Assembly: GCF_009914755.1 (NCBI RefSeq) | Contig: NC_060931.1 | From: the human T2T-CHM13v2.0 reference genome, Homo sapiens | Length of the DNA: 64,000 nucleotides | Reading direction: 5' to 3' (one strand) | Shown here: in pieces, positions 14,298 to 32,723 of the stretch | How the letters are laid out: each line of letters starts with the position of its first letter | Position numbering within the stretch: position 1 is the first letter of the stretch | Notes under the pieces: model-generated | Told to the model about the DNA's origin: nothing | Databases searched by the model: none | What the model saw: the letters and a program-made list of their open reading frames with translations, nothing else | Translations under genes and position numbers: made by a program

Positions 14298-14759
14298 AAA
14301 AGTTACTTCTTAAAATTTAAATTTAAATTTTATTAATTTATTATTTAAATTTAAATTTTCTTAAAATTTAAGCTTGTCTTTAGTGTTTATAGATGGACAT
14401 TTCCATTCAAGCCTCATTTAAATATATGAAAATTTAAAAAAATAATTGCAAGGTTATTTTAAAAAAATATTTGCCTTATTTAAAAATAAGGCAAAATTAT
14501 TTTAAACTTATGGAGTTAAGTTCTCCCTGTATTCAGGCCTAGAGAAAAAAATTTGACCTCCTTCTGCCTTTCATTATAAATATAATAAAAATGTACCAGC
14601 AAAATACCTGAGTATAAATACATGAAAAGACTTTTTTCCACAAGCCCAGGACGGATTAAATGATTCAAATAATAGGAAGAAATTCTATATCAGATAATAG
14701 ACTAGATTTATCTTCCTATTTGAAATAAGTTTTTCAAGTTAAAATATGGGAAACAATAA

Positions 14760-16560
14760 TTCTCAAGACATTTTACGTTAGGCAAAGAGGGCAAAGATCC
14801 CTGTGAGGTAAAAACAAATAAGGTGAGCCTTCTGCCATGTGAGTGCTTCAGTTTACTTCCTGGATAAAGTTTCCAGGCACAACATGGGGAGAGGGAACCC
14901 AGGTAGAGCCTGGCTCTTTTTTGGAGTTAAGGAGATAAAACTGGTCATCCAGGGAATACAAGGTGGCTAAAGTTTGCAGAATAGAGTATCAGAGGTGAGA
15001 GACACACAGACAGAAACCTGAAAATCTGCATACAGTCTCCCGTGATTATTCAGTAGAGTTCTGATCAGTGCGTGTATATGTGAAAATCATCTGAGACTCG
15101 TGGAAAAAACACCCAAAAGGATTAGCGGAAACATCTGGGAATAGTCCTATTTCCATCAATCAGAGTGAAAAATCTTGTAATTTACAGGGGACAGTTCTCA
15201 GAAATCTTTGCCCCAGTGGGGCAAAATTTACCCTAGACAAAATGCCTAAGAAACTTAATAGCAAGATCCAAAAAGACCAAACTGTTTCTAAGAAATTTAA
15301 ACATACTATAGAGCAAAGATCAATAATATTTATAGAAAAAATATTTATTACCCAATAACTTAAACATTTACAATGAATGGCATTCAAACAAGAAGTACCA
15401 AGCATACAAAAAAGCAAGACAAACAAACAAAAACAACAAAAATCATTCAAAACTAATCCATAAATGACACAGATTATAGAATTAGTAAAACTGTATTAAA
15501 ACATTTATTATAACTGTATTCCATATGTTTAGAAAGCCAGAGGAAAGGTTGAACATGCTAAACAATCATGAAAGATTTTTTAAAAGATTCAAATCAGGCT
15601 TCCAAAGATAAAAAGTTTCAGTGTCTGAGATGAAAAATACACTGGTTGAGATTAACAGAAGATTAAACATTGCAGAAGAAAATATTAGAGAACTTGGAAA
15701 CAGCAGTAGAAAATATCTAATGTGAAACATAAAGCAAAAAGCCTGGAAAAGAAAAATGAGTAGATTGTTGGTGAGTTGTGAAACAACTTCAGGTAGCCTA
15801 ATATATGTATAAATGAAGTGCCTGAAGAAGGAGTAGGGCATAAAAATATCTCAAGGAATAATAGCTGAATATTTTCTCAATTTTATAAAAGCTATACATC
15901 TGCAGATATAATAACCTCAACAACAAACATAAGAAACATAAAAAAGCACACCAAAGCACATTACCATCAAATTGCATAAAAGAAGTGATAAAATCTTAAA
16001 AGCAGCCAAAGGAAAAAAGACACATTTTGGGAGAGAGGAACAAAGACACCACTGACAGCAGATTTCTTTGGAAACAATGCAAGCTAAAAGACAGTGGAGC
16101 AACATCTTTAAAATATCGAAACAAAGAAACCATAATCTAGAATTCTTCACCTACCAAAAATACCATTTAAAAACAGAGATGAAATAAAGATTTTTTTTTC
16201 CAGACAAAGACTAAATGAGTGTAACACTAGCAGACCTACATTATAAGAAATGTTGAAGGAATTCTTAAGTAGAAACAAAACATTACCACATGGAAATATG
16301 GTTCTACAGGAAGAAATGAACAGCATGGATCAGTAACTATATGAGTAAATATAAAGAGTTTTTTTTCTTATTATTTAATACCCTTTATAGTCAACTGTTT
16401 AAAGCAACAGCAATAACAATGCATCATGGAATTTATAACATATGCAGAATTGAAATGTGTGAAAACAGTGATGCAAAATTTGGTAAGGGAGAAATGGATA
16501 CATACTTGGTTCTTATATGTGAAGTGTTATAGCATTGAGTACCATGTGATATGAAATACT
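14760..16560 (+). mobile_element. Old L1M 5'UTR/ORF1 region (degenerate)
   Basis: A-rich sense-strand L1 ORF1-type sequence (gtctgagatgaaaaatacactgg...agattaaacattgcagaagaaaatattagagaacttg; acagcagatttctttggaaacaatgcaagctaaaagacagtggagcaacatcttt). Confidence 0.75.
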
Positions 16561-17254
16561 TCAGAGATGCAAGTGTCTGCTCTGAAAAAGGAACATCTCT
16601 TGTTTTCCATTGATAGTTTCTTCAAGTCTAATTGGCATATAGTGGTGGTGAAAAGAGGGCAGGGAGTTTTGTCATGGTAGATACCATGGAAGAAATGAAG
16701 CCCAAGATGAAAAGATAAGTTTTTAAAACTTTGCCTCAAAGAGGGAATGCAAAAGTTAAAAACACAATTCAGCATCTGGTTGTACTTGCAGACAGGGCAA
16801 AGTTGAAGCCTGACACCCCAAGAGCATCCATCATGATGTATTATCAGAGGACCAGTCTAGTGGTATTTGATCCCTAGCTTCCAACTAGTATGTATTTCCT
16901 AGTTGTAATGTTAGATATATTTCTTACTATGAGTCATGGTCAGAATAGTTGGTATTCGTTTGAGGATATTTTACTGATGTGTTTTAAGACAGCTTCAGGG
17001 ATTTTTTTTACCTAGACTGATTAAGGCCCTAGAAGGCTAAATACCTTTGTGTTGCTCAGATAGCCTGATTTATGAGTACCCAACAATCACATTGTAGTTC
17101 TGCTGCCCAATCCTTGTTACCTGGCCACTCCCAATAAGACTCAGATTAAAAATGACTGACCCCATGAGGAAAAGGACCCATTGGCTGACTCTCCAAGACA
17201 CACAGCTGACTTATGCCCTCTTCATGATGGAATCCAAGAAAACATCTGATAACA

Positions 17255-17500
17255 ATGGCTAACATTTAATGAGTGTTTACTCTGTTCCATTATGATTTAA
17301 GCAGTGTACAAGACATCAATCTTCATATAAACATCAAATAATCACTTTGAGGACGGTGTTAACATTTTATTTTTGCAGGTGAGAAACCTGAAGCACTGAA
17401 GTAACTGCAAATTCACACATCTAGTAAATGATGGAGTTTTGATTCAATGCAGGCAGCCTGACTCCAAGGTTATGCACTTTATCCCAATACCAAACTGCCT
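17255..17500 (-). mobile_element. MIR SINE
   Basis: gctaacatttaatgagtgtttac...ttttgcaggtgagaaacctgaagcac...cacacatctagtaaatgatggag...ggcagcctgactcca. Confidence 0.65.
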
Positions 17501-19016
17501 CTTCTCTAAACTGATAAAAACTGCTCTCTTTTCTTGCTGAAATAGAAAAGATATAGCTTTTTGAGGACCCATGGCTAATCATCAAACAATGGTTTTCCTC
17601 TCCTCCAACCCATTTCTGTACCAGAGGAGTGACCCTACCCTGCTTGGAGTGAAAAGAAGCTATACCCCTGCACTCTTCTCTAGCTCAAACTAAGGAGGAA
17701 TGAAAGGCAACATTAGATAGGTATTTGCACATGTGTGTTTTTATCCATATTCTGTGAATTGGTGTCTCTGTTAAAATATCCAATCATCTGGAGAAAAGAT
17801 AACCTGCTTTAGCTTCTTCTGGCATTAAAAAGTCAGTCTTTCATCAGTCAGACAAACGTATTCTGGGACAAGCTTAAGTAGTGGCCCTCACGCACTGTTA
17901 GATTTTCTAACAGCTGAAGGGTGAATAAGGAGGAACACAATTGGAAGCAGAGTTAACAGAGTTGGCAGAAGAAATATGTAAAGGATTTATTTAGTTTTGT
18001 GTTGAGGGTTTTGTGATGTCAAGGCTCCATAAAATCTTAACTAAAATTGGCACTGCTCTCCTAGAGTTCTTGGTAAAGTTAGAATGTATTCCGGGAAATG
18101 TAGAGATGCCAGTTTCAAAGAAGTGGTCATTGAAAGATAGCTGGATTATGCTAACATTGATTTTTCACATTCTATTCCAAGATTTTTTTGTGCTCAGTAG
18201 TCAATATCTCTCTAAAATGCTTAACTTTAAATATGTGACATTATATCACATTAAAATGCTATATATAACTCAAATATAGAAAGTTAGTCCCCAAATATTG
18301 TATAAATGTGTATATATATTTTCACTGAACTATCAATGTACCAAGTTTCTCCAAATTTTAAATTTAAATTTTGGCTAAAAATTTCACCAATGTATAATAA
18401 CCTTCATAAAGCTGAGTATGCACAGAACCATAGATATTAAGATGGTATGACCTTCTTGAAAATAGATTATGCTTACTTAATTCTAACATTCAGAGCTTTA
18501 AGCATGCATAAGGACTTAATAAATGTGTGTTTATTGGTGCTAATGATAAGATTAAAACGTTTCGAGGGCTGTTAAAATTAGATTTAGCACATTGTTTAAA
18601 AACCACAAATTCCATAAAGAAAATATTTCAAGTACATAGTTAATAATATTTTTACTGCGTTTTTCAACTATTTTTAATTCTTTAACTAAATGTGAAAATT
18701 AACATTTTAATATCTTGGTAGTGGTTTCCGTATTTCTTGGGTCTATCAACATAATAATAATAGCTAACCTTTGTTTATTTTTACTATAAGCCAGGAAAAT
18801 GTGTTAGACACTTGAACAAGTTATCTTATTAAAACCTTAAATAACTCGATGATGAATTCACCATTTTACCTTCATTTTATATGTACAAAACAGAAGCTTA
18901 AGTCATCGTTTGGCTAATTTCACACACACAGAAAATAAGGGGGAGCAAATTCAAACCACCAAGTTTTATTCCAGAGGCTGTGCTCTTAAGTACTGCATTT
19001 TTCTTTCTGTACTGCA

Positions 19017-19043
19017 TTTCTTTCTTTCTTTCTTTCTTTCTTC

Positions 19044-19113
<70 letters not shown>

Positions 19114-19246
19114 CTTTCCTTTCCTTTCCTTTCCTTTCCTTTCCTTTCCTTTCCTTTCCTTTCCTTCCTTTCCTTCCTTCCTTCCTTCCTTCCTTCCTTC
19201 CTTCCTTCCTTCCTTCCTTCCTTCCCTTTATTCCTTCCCTTTCTTC
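19017..19246. repeat. Compound (TTTC)n(TTTCC)n(TTCC)n polypyrimidine microsatellite derived from an Alu A-tail
   Basis: Directly visible; lies inside the TSD pair of the Alu at 22451-22759. Confidence 0.95.
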
Positions 19247-19248
19247 GC

Positions 19249-22423
<3,175 letters not shown>

Positions 22424-22450
22424 TTCTTTCTTCCCTTTCTTTCTCCTTTC

Positions 22451-22759
22451 CTTTCTTTTCTTTTTTTTTTTTTTTTTTTTTTTTTTTTGTCACTGCTGCC
22501 CAGACTGGAGGGCAGTGGCACACAATCTCGGCTCACTGCAACCTCCACCTCCCAGGATCAAGCGATTTCATGCGTCAGCCTCCTGAATAGTTGGGATTAC
22601 AGGCTTGTGCCATCATGCCCAGCTAATTTTTGTAGTTTTAGTAGAGACAGGGTTTTGCCATGTTGGCTATGCTGGTCTCCAACTCCTGACCTCAGGTGAT
22701 CTGCCCACCTCAGCCTCCCAAAGTGCTGGGATTACAGGTGAGAGCCACGGCACCTGGCC
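22451..22759 (-). mobile_element. AluS (Sx-like), with its tail interrupted by the L1 above
   Basis: Both arms on the minus strand; TSD tgcatttcttt at 22760-22770 and 19013-19023. Confidence 0.92.
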
Positions 22760-23819
22760 TGCATTTCTTTACCTATAATTATCTATCTCTCTTGACCTCT
22801 AATGTCACTAATTCATAAATAGCAAAAAAGTCTAAATACTTCTCCTCAAATTAGGCTAACCTCTGAGTTTTTCTTGCTGGGTATTACTTTCCTAGTTTCC
22901 TTTCTTCAAGGTACTTTCACCAACATAAAGCCTCTTGTAGCAATTAGTTAAATTTGATAAATTTTATCACTTATTGGAAGGATAGAAAGTAACTTTAGCA
23001 ACAAAAATATGAAAATAAGCATGAATATTACTTGAAGTCAAAGGGTAGTTAGAGATGGGGTGATGATTCTTTGTTTAAAATTAAAGCCATTACTTTTTAT
23101 ACAGTTGGTGATTATCAGAGAGGGACAGAGAGAATGGGGCATGCAATAGAATTTGATGAATATTTTATAGTTGGTGAAAATAGAAAAGCAGTTACTAAAC
23201 ACTGCCAGATGATGTGCTGCTGTAGGATCCCTGAAGTGGTAGAGCAGAATGAACATACTGGGGTACTTTGAGGCCAAGTACAGACATGATTAAAAAATCT
23301 CGTTAACAGAAAGGCCATAATGAATTATATTTATAGTAATATTGAGATAATAATAATATCATTTGAAAGACTTTTGGAGACATTTTAGCGTGGATAAACA
23401 TAGTTATTTTCCAGAATAATGATTTTGAAAATAACTGTTAGCATTATGTATTTGAGAAAACACAGCGGCAACAACTGTGAACTTGATGCCAATATTTTCT
23501 GACTTTTTGTTTTTCTGGTTCTATAGCTATAAGGTAGGCATATTTTCAACAGTAATTTTAGGAAATAAAACAGCTTGAGATGGAAGATTATTAATGAGGA
23601 GGCTTATGAACATTCCCTGAATGTTTAGGAATGGATATATAAATGAACACCATTATGAACGCATTAAATATTAATATTGATATTTAAGTATATATTTTAC
23701 TTATCATTGGACCTCTGTCTAATGAGCATATAGGTTTTATTGGGTTTATTTTCAGGCAACGCTCTTCACCAATCAAATGAATAAGAATGAGGAATTTTTG
23801 CTTACTTTAGGAGCTATGG

Positions 23820-23852
23820 GTGTGCGTGCATGTGTGTGTTTGTGTGTGTGTG
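23820..23852. repeat. Imperfect (TG)n microsatellite
   Basis: Directly visible. Confidence 0.85.
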
Positions 23853-26800
23853 CTGTTTCTGTATGGGTAATATTTAGGTGTAGTGTTTTGTCTATATTTA
23901 TCTAAAAACTTATGACTTAATGACAACTCATCAGATACAACTAATGAGTTTAGCAGAAAAATTGGATTAGGCCATTTTTTCATCTGTTTTACAAAAACTG
24001 ATATAAGCCAGTTTAATAAAAGGGCACAAGCTTTTCTCTAAATGGTAATTTTATAAGACATTTAAAAATAATAATTCAATCTACTTTTATGTGGGTCATG
24101 ATTTATGTGAGTTATGTGAATCATGATTCAGCAAAATTTTATTTGGGGAATAAGAATATACTATTCTCTTTAATTCTCTCTTTCATTAGTTTGAATAACA
24201 ACTTAGCACCATAATTTACAGACATAATGTTTTCTAGTTTTGATCTGACAACTTAAATCTAACAATTAATAAGATAATTTATAAATAATCAGGCCCATTA
24301 GGACAGAAATGCTTTCCATAGCAATTATGTGCAGCTAAATGTTTCCTCAAGGAAACATTTGACTCTATGTCCATGTGCATGCATATGGAAATATAGTGTT
24401 ATTTAGATATAAACTAATATCTATTGTTTAAGCTAATATTATATAATAGATATCTGAGTATTCAGAAACAACTTAAAAATGTGCTTTTAGTCAAAAGGAT
24501 AATTCCTGAAATTTATTACCTTCATTTAAAAAATATAAATTTCCTTATGTACTTCAAAAAGAATAAAGTTATGGAGCTGTGTAAATTTCTCTATTGAGAA
24601 AAATCAATATTTTATAAATATTTTTAAATTATAGAAAAAGTAAGGTTAATATTTGATGTTTTATACCTAAACTTTCAAAAATATAATGTTCTCTTGCGTC
24701 TGTTTTCTTTTAAAATCTGGTTACACTGACTTCAGATATAATTAAGAACTCTGCTTTGTTATATTTGGAAAATCAAAACATACCAGATTTGAGCTGATAG
24801 AAAAAGAAAATGCTCTTGCTCAGAGTATTACAATATAAAATATTGTAGAGGGCAATAGTATATTCAAAACCTTTTTCTTTGAAGAAATAAAAAATGGGTA
24901 AAGACTTGTGTTTGCAGTTTGTATGTGTATCATTTAGCAGATTTAATATTTTAATTTTTCAGTTGTTTGCTTGACATTGGAGTATATTTTATCCTTCCTT
25001 TAAATTGTTACAGGTGACATATTTATTTTTGATACAATAAGTGAATTAAAATGGGATTTATTTGCATATTTTTATGTATGCCCTGGTGGGTAGCAAAATT
25101 ATGCTTGGAAATTTCTGGCTTCAGTAAGTTTTTTAGTCTTCATATTCACAAATAAATAATCTCTTTAATTGGATCAAAGCAACTTACCCAAGGTTCATGT
25201 GAATTCTTTATCAGCAGGATTATTGTATTATGAGAATCTGAGTTTCATATTTACAGTCCTGTGTCTGAGATAATTGGATTGTTTTGGTAAAGAATTGTGC
25301 TAACAAAAGGAAAATGAGGCAGAGGAAGAAAAGAAGGAACTTGATACATACAAATAGACACGAATACAAGAAAAAAGTTAGGCACTACATTAACCAATGT
25401 GAGATATAAAGGAATATGAATAATTAATTTGTTTAAAGCAGTGTACCTCCAGAAAAAATTTTGGTCTGTATTTGGCATCGTCAAATGCCATTTAATAAAA
25501 TAGCACCAGAATATTGATTAAGTAGTGTTGCTTTGAATGGTACAGTTTTATGCTTTTTATTCCCTGGGCAAAGTAAGTTATTATTCCTGGAAGAAATAAA
25601 GTTGGGCAAAGTCTATTACAGAATCACACTAGTCAATTATGCTAAATTTCTGCCCAGGATGCTGACTGCCTTGGTTTAAACTGTTAGTCTTTACCTCATC
25701 TACAGTTTCTTTTCCTTCAATAGATATATATTAATCTACTAGAGTGTTCCAGATATATTTTTAAGTGCTAGAGAACATAAAGATGAATGAGACACGGTCC
25801 TTGTCGTTATGAGGATCCCAGTCTACTAAATGAGAAGTATTGTAATTTTTTAAATGGGCTTATAACATTAATGGCTACCATTTTAAGCACTAGTCATGTA
25901 TTAGGCATTATTAAATGTTTTCACCAACTCCCTTAACATTTCCATGGAATTAAAGAAAAAGATGAAGCCAGGAGGCTTCTGAAACTAGCCAGCAACACAC
26001 AGGAAGGAAACAACCTTGCCAGCAGAGCTGCTGAGGAAAGACCTTAAGACATGTTCTGGAAGGATCCAGTGGCTGGAACTGGAATAGTACAAATACCAGT
26101 TAATATCTAACTGATAAAATAAGGCATTTAATATAGGGTGCTTAAGATTTCATACTTTATCCTCAGCAGAAATGGGAAACTACTACATATTTTTGTATGG
26201 ATTTTATTGATCTCTCAGCGATATCTGTCACATTTTCTACTGTGGTTCCTAAAACCTTTGATACCCAGTGTCTCCAGTACAGTGTCACTGTAATAACATA
26301 TCTTCTATCGTAGGTCTGCACTTACTCTTTACAGTTTCAGTGTACAATTTACAGTTTCAGTGTACTTTCAAAATAAGTATCTTAAAGAATAAGATATCTT
26401 ATTCTTACAGGAATCTGAGATATGTAGCACATACTTTAACTATTTTGGAGAAGGGAGAAATGCTGAGTGTTCCAGCAGCTATCATAATAACCCTTGCATA
26501 TTTTTCAGTAGCATAAGATTAGAATTATGGGAACAAGAAGGAGATGCAGCCATGTGGGATGGAGGAGAAGCAAGAGAAGTGAATGCTGTGTTGGGGCTGG
26601 GGGGACCCAATGCTAAGGACAACTGACAATCACTTCAACATCTCCCATCTGCCAACCTCACTAGCAACATCACTTCTATAGTAAACTACCATCTGGCATG
26701 GCTAAGAAATGAGATGTTTTACTAAATAACGTACTCAGTTTAATAGAACTTTTGGGTTGAATTATGTGCTTTCAAATAAGTAGACTAAAGGACATGTAGT

Positions 26801-27539
26801 ATAAAATTATGCAGCCCATATTTTAAACTTTCTTTGAACATCTAAAACTACTTCAGGCCTACTCAGTCCCTTGGATCTTCATAAATTTGGGGGAAAAAAC
26901 CCTCATACTTTCAAGGCACCATGTCTGACACTGGGAATGCAAAGATGAAATCCTATAGCCCCTACCCTTAAGGAGCTCGCCATTTAGCCAATCGTGCAAT
27001 AATTACATTGATTATAGAGCATCTGAGTATTTATGTCAAGGTACATGACCAGCCTAGGAATAATGATGGAGGTATACAGGAAGACAGAATGGAAAATTAA
27101 ACCCAAGCAACATGGAAAACAATGTTATGAGCTGTAGCTAATACTATAGATACAACAAAATTGAAAGTAATAGAATGTTCTAGTTGAAAATTTATTCCAC
27201 GGGTCCTAAAGTCACCCCTTTGTAGATTACTTGTAACATTACTTGTATTTTTATGAAATACGTGATCACTATGTAATTTTTGCATGGTATTGACTAAGAC
27301 AAGAGAGTAATTTCCCAGTCAGAAAATGTTATTGTTGCATACTGGGCTAACCCACCCTCTTGTAGTTTGTAGGTGCCAACTATGAACCCAGGTTTTGTTG
27401 TTTTGATTCATCGATGTTTACGCTGTCATTTTTTTTTAGCTTTTCCTGCTTCACACTAATTATACTATTCACTATCCTGCACTCTGCTTTTCACTTTGCT
27501 TCCACTCCTGTCTCACGCTGAGAAACCATTTCACACCTG

Positions 27540-28560
27540 TATCAATGCAGTGCTCTCTATTCGTCATCCCACATCTCACTGCAGTTAAAGTAAAATTTTT
27601 GAATGATAAGCCTAATCATGTCACTTCCCCTCATAATATCTATTAGTGGCCATGATGATAAAAGCCTATAACATGTCTACAAGGCCCTGCAGTGGTCTAA
27701 TCCACGCCTCTCCTTCTAGCTTCATCTTGTACTACTGTCTCCGTGCTCACTATGCTACAGCAACACTTGCCTGTTTTCAAATCCTGGAATACATCCTATG
27801 GCATCTTGTCTCATAGCTTTTCACATGCTGTTCTCTCTCCCTACAATGCTCTGATACCCCTGCCCCCGAACCCTACCTCGGCTTCCTTAATACTTATTTA
27901 TCCTGATGTCAGTCCAAATGACCCTTCCTCTACAAACATTTTTCTTGTCCTCCAGAAAAAGCTGGTTGTCTTTGTTGGTGTGCCATGCCCATTCATAGCT
28001 TGAATATCAATCTGTTTTTGCCATTTTAATATAATTATATTCACTCATTGAACAGGTATTTATTGAACATTTACTATGTTCCAGACACTGGAGTTACATG
28101 GTCTTATGTCCATGTCCATGTTACATGTAACTGGAGTTACAAAAGACAAAGAAGCCCTATTTTTTTTAACGAAGTTTATAGTTTAATGGTTGAAAAAAAT
28201 GAAATGAATAATACTTTAAAAACTGAATTTCACACATAGTTTCTGTAGATGAAATAAAACAAGGTGATTTGGTAAAAAGCACAAAGCAGAGAGGGACAAG
28301 TGGGTTATTTAGAGTGGATATCAAGTAAGGCTTTCTAAGGAAGTGACATTTGGACTGTGATTTTATTGCTAAGAGAATGCCAATCACAGGAGGGCCAGGT
28401 GGCAGAACTTTCAAGGAAAGGGAAAGGCCAGTGAAAATGTCTGTCTGGAGGCAGAAACAAGCATGGCAGTTGGAAGAAGAAGACCAGTGTGGCAGATTTA
28501 ATTAAAATTGGCCGTCACGTGCCTGTCTCCTCCACTAGACTGCAAGTGTCTGTAGGGTGG
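27540..28560. mobile_element. L2 LINE fragments in both orientations
   Basis: taatcatgtcacttcccct...tacaaggccctgc...cttttcacatgctgttctctct; ttcactcattgaacaggtatttattgaacatttactatgttccagacactg (antisense L2 3' end). Confidence 0.6.
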
Positions 28561-29579
28561 GGCTCTGTCTCCTTTATGTCTGAAGTTTATTGTACAAAAT
28601 CACACTTTAAAACTCTGCTCAGCAGTTAATTCTTTTGGGAAGAATTTGATGTCTTCTCTCCTGCTCTCTGCCCATCCCCACCACAGAAACACACACCTGC
28701 ATTCATCCTGGGTAGAAATGACTGCTTTCTTTTTGTAATTCAATGCTACTGCCTTCATATATTTTTTCTTAACATGTGGAACATTTTCTCGTATTTGTTT
28801 GTTTTTATACCTCTCACTTCTAACAATGTCTTGAGAGTAGGGACTATTTCTGATTCAGTTACATGTTTCAAATGCCTAGTGTAATAAGCTCTTAAGCATG
28901 CAATCAAATTTTGTTGCAATGAATGAGACAACGAATATATACTGCCTTATCTCTGCTATGGCTTCTATTTTTGTCTTGGTCAAGGTTTCTTGGAAAACAG
29001 AACCTGAGGTTAGGTACCTTAAATGGTAATGTGGTTATTGAGATGTACAATCTCAGGGCCAGGCAAATGGAAGTGATGCCAGGCAGGATGAGAATGAGAT
29101 GATGTTACACAACTGGCTCTCAACTAGTTGCTTGGCCATATGAGATGTCTCCAGATAGGCTGTTTGGAAAATCCACCCCTAGAGGAGTATTCACCAGAGG
29201 CATGATAGAGAGGGAATTTATCTGCTGACTTCCTCTTGCCTCTAGTTTTCTATTATTTATCAATGTATTGATGTTAACTCCCCTGGGTCAACTGGCCCCA
29301 CGGGTACCCTATGGAGAAGTAAGATCTCTTGCCTGTACTTCATCTGGGACCGAAAGCAATGGGAAGAACTGGAGATTCAGTGTTGGTCTCAGGCAGTTGG
29401 TCAACAGGGGCCCACAGGGTCAGTTGTGGCAGTGGCAGCTATGGTGGAACAAATGGCCAAGGACATGAGATTGCAGGCAAATTTGAGCTGCTCTGAGAAA
29501 GTGCATAAGAAGTGACTAATAAAATCTGCAAACTTGATTTTCTTCTAAGCTCTTTCTTCTCCACCCATAAAAATATTTA

Positions 29580-29884
<305 letters not shown>

Positions 29885-29886
29885 TA

Positions 29887-30190
<304 letters not shown>

Positions 30191-30887
30191 TACATAAATG
30201 CATATATAAAATGAAAACAAGAAACAAACTTCTGTGACCCCAAATTCCCTTTTAATTTCCTCTTAGTTCCCTCTCTCCTTTCTACCAAAACTTTTGTTCC
30301 ATGTGTCTATGCCTCACCCTTGACACACCATGGAGGGCCAGCCCCCTTTAGGGTTTTACATCTGCTGTGCTCTTATATGGCTCCCATCTCTTTGGTCTTG
30401 CTGTCATCTGCGCCTAGAGTGATCTTTTCTACTTTTTTATGTCTTTGTAACTCGGACCAAATGTCATCTATGCCACTTGCTGACCCTTTTCCCAGCTTAG
30501 TCTGAATGTCACGCCCCTCCTTACTTAAAATGGCATCCTGCCCTTCCCTGAATCATAATACTTATCACATTGGTTTAATATGGTATGTTTTATACATCCT
30601 TCCAAAAATATTGTGAGACCGAATTCTCTCACTTTTAGATTCATCTTTGTGTATTGATTTTTGGTTCAATGTCTTGTCCACAGTAAGTAGTAAATACATG
30701 TTAGCTAAGCAAAACTATACTAGTTAAGACTAATAGAATAGGCGACTGACCAGAAGATCTTATTTAATTTTAACCTGGAAAAAAAGGCCAGAAAATAATA
30801 CATAAAATTTCACCTTATAATTAATAAACTCTTGATTTAATTGTGATTTAAAATTATATTATGAAAATATGTTAAAGTGATGATTAT

Positions 30888-31445
30888 CTGTGATAGAGTC
30901 TTCAAGATGGCCATGATCAATTATTTCCTTTCCTTTGTGACTTTGTTTCTTTTCCATCAAGAGGTTGTGTTTATTCCCTTCCCCTTAATTTCAGAATTCA
31001 GGCTGGGTTTATAACTTGTCTTGGTTAACAGAATGTGAAAGAAATACCTGAAAGGAGGTGAAAAGCTTCCACTTTCTCTTTTGAGGCATTCAGCTGCAAT
31101 ATGAGTAGTGTATCTTCCCAATATCACCATGTGGTATTGTGAGAATGACTAATCTAGTCGTGTGAAGAGAAAGAGGTCACATTAAAAAACAAACAAAACA
31201 AAACAAAACAAACAAACAAAAACCCTGACTTGTGACCTGACATGAAGCTTTTTGAACTTTTCCGCCCAGGTCTGCAGCCAAGTAAAATGCACCCAAATGA
31301 GTAATCCCAGCCAGTGCCACCTGGAACAGAACAACCTCTCAGCTCAGCTCATCTAACCTACAGAACCATGAAAAAATAATAGATCATTGTTCTAATCTAC
31401 AAGGTTTAGGGTGATTTGTTGAATATTGATAGATAATGGAAATAC
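30888..31445 (+). mobile_element. MLT1 (MaLR) LTR, old subfamily
   Basis: tgtgatagagtcttcaagatggcc...ccatcaagagg...ttggttaacagaatgtg...agataatggaaatac. Confidence 0.6.
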
Positions 31446-31782
31446 CCATATTTAGCTTGGCATTTCCTTTAAAAATGAGTCTTAACTTTATGACTTAGTA
31501 CCAAAATGGTTGGCTTCTGATAATGACCCTAGAATTGATTACAGTCAAGCCTGATCATTCAGTTTACAAGAGTCCACCAAGTGTTTCTGTGAAAGTAGAA
31601 CATTATAGAATGCATTATAAGATGGGCACAACAGAATTGTGTGCATTGCTTTGTGGCCATATGCACACAGTAGACTCTTATTAGTGGAATGATGAGTACA
31701 TAAGAAACATGAGAAAAATAATAGCTGGTGGGGAAGACTCTAAGTAAAGGAAAACCCTTGACATCATTAGGAGTAAACTTGC

Positions 31783-32296
31783 TGTATTAGGGTTCTCCAG
31801 AGAGACAGACCAATAGGAGATATATATATATGAGAGAGGCGATTTTTTTAGGGAAATTGGCTTACAGTATTATGGAGACTGAGAAGTCTCATGATAGACA
31901 ATAGGCTGTCTGCAAGCTGGAGAACCAGGGAAGCCAGTTGCCTTACTGTCCAAGGCTGAAAGCCTTAGAAACAGGGAAGCCTGTGGTGTAACTCCATTTG
32001 TGGATGAAAGCCACAGAGTCCAAAGACCAGAGAACCTGGAGTTTTAATATCCAGGGGCAGGAGAAAAAGGGTGTCCCAGATCCAAGAAAGAGTAAACAAA
32101 TTTGCCTTTTCTCTGCGTCTTTGTTCATCTGCATGCTTCACTAATTGAATGGTGCACACCCACATTAAGGGGGGATTTTCCTCACTAAGTGTACAGACTC
32201 ACATGCCAATCTCCTAGGGAAATACTCTCAAAGACACATCTAGAAATCATGTTGTACCAGTTTTCTTGGTATCCCCTAATCCAGTCAAGTTGACAC
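31783..32296 (-). mobile_element. MLT2 (ERVL) solo LTR
   Basis: tgtattagggttctccagagagacagaccaatagga...ggagactgagaagtctcatgatag...ccctaatccagtcaagttgacac; flanked by cttgc at 31778-31782 and 32297-32301. Confidence 0.85.
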
Positions 32297-32670
32297 CTTG
32301 CTTACTTGCAATCATGCAACTTTCTAACAATATGTTGAAAATAATGTTAGTAATAACAATAACAATAAAAAAGCACATTTTATTGAGTTCTTATATATGT
32401 CTAGAAAATAGTATCTCATTTAATACTCAGAATAACCATATGAGACAGTTGCTATAATTATAGCTACTTCACAGTTAATTAAACTGAAATATAGAGAAAT
32501 TGAGTAACTTGTACCAAGCCACATGACAAGTGGTAGAGTCTGGCTGAAAGCAGATTGTCTGATACTAGACCCCTCAATTGTTAACTGCTGGTTATACTAA
32601 TATATAATGTCTGTTAGCATAATCACCTATTATATATATGTATATAAATGTGCAATATTCATAATTCTAC

Positions 32671-32679
32671 TGTGTGTGT

Positions 32680-32721
<42 letters not shown>
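32671..32721. repeat. (TG)n microsatellite of about 25 units with one interruption
   Basis: Directly visible. Confidence 0.95.

Positions 32722-32723
<2 letters not shown>

Noticed and set aside
23105-23262. Possible plus-strand exon (tttttatacag|TTGGTG...VGDYQRGTERMGH...)
   Set aside because: Weak donor, no recognisable protein, and purine-rich sequence resembling decayed L2
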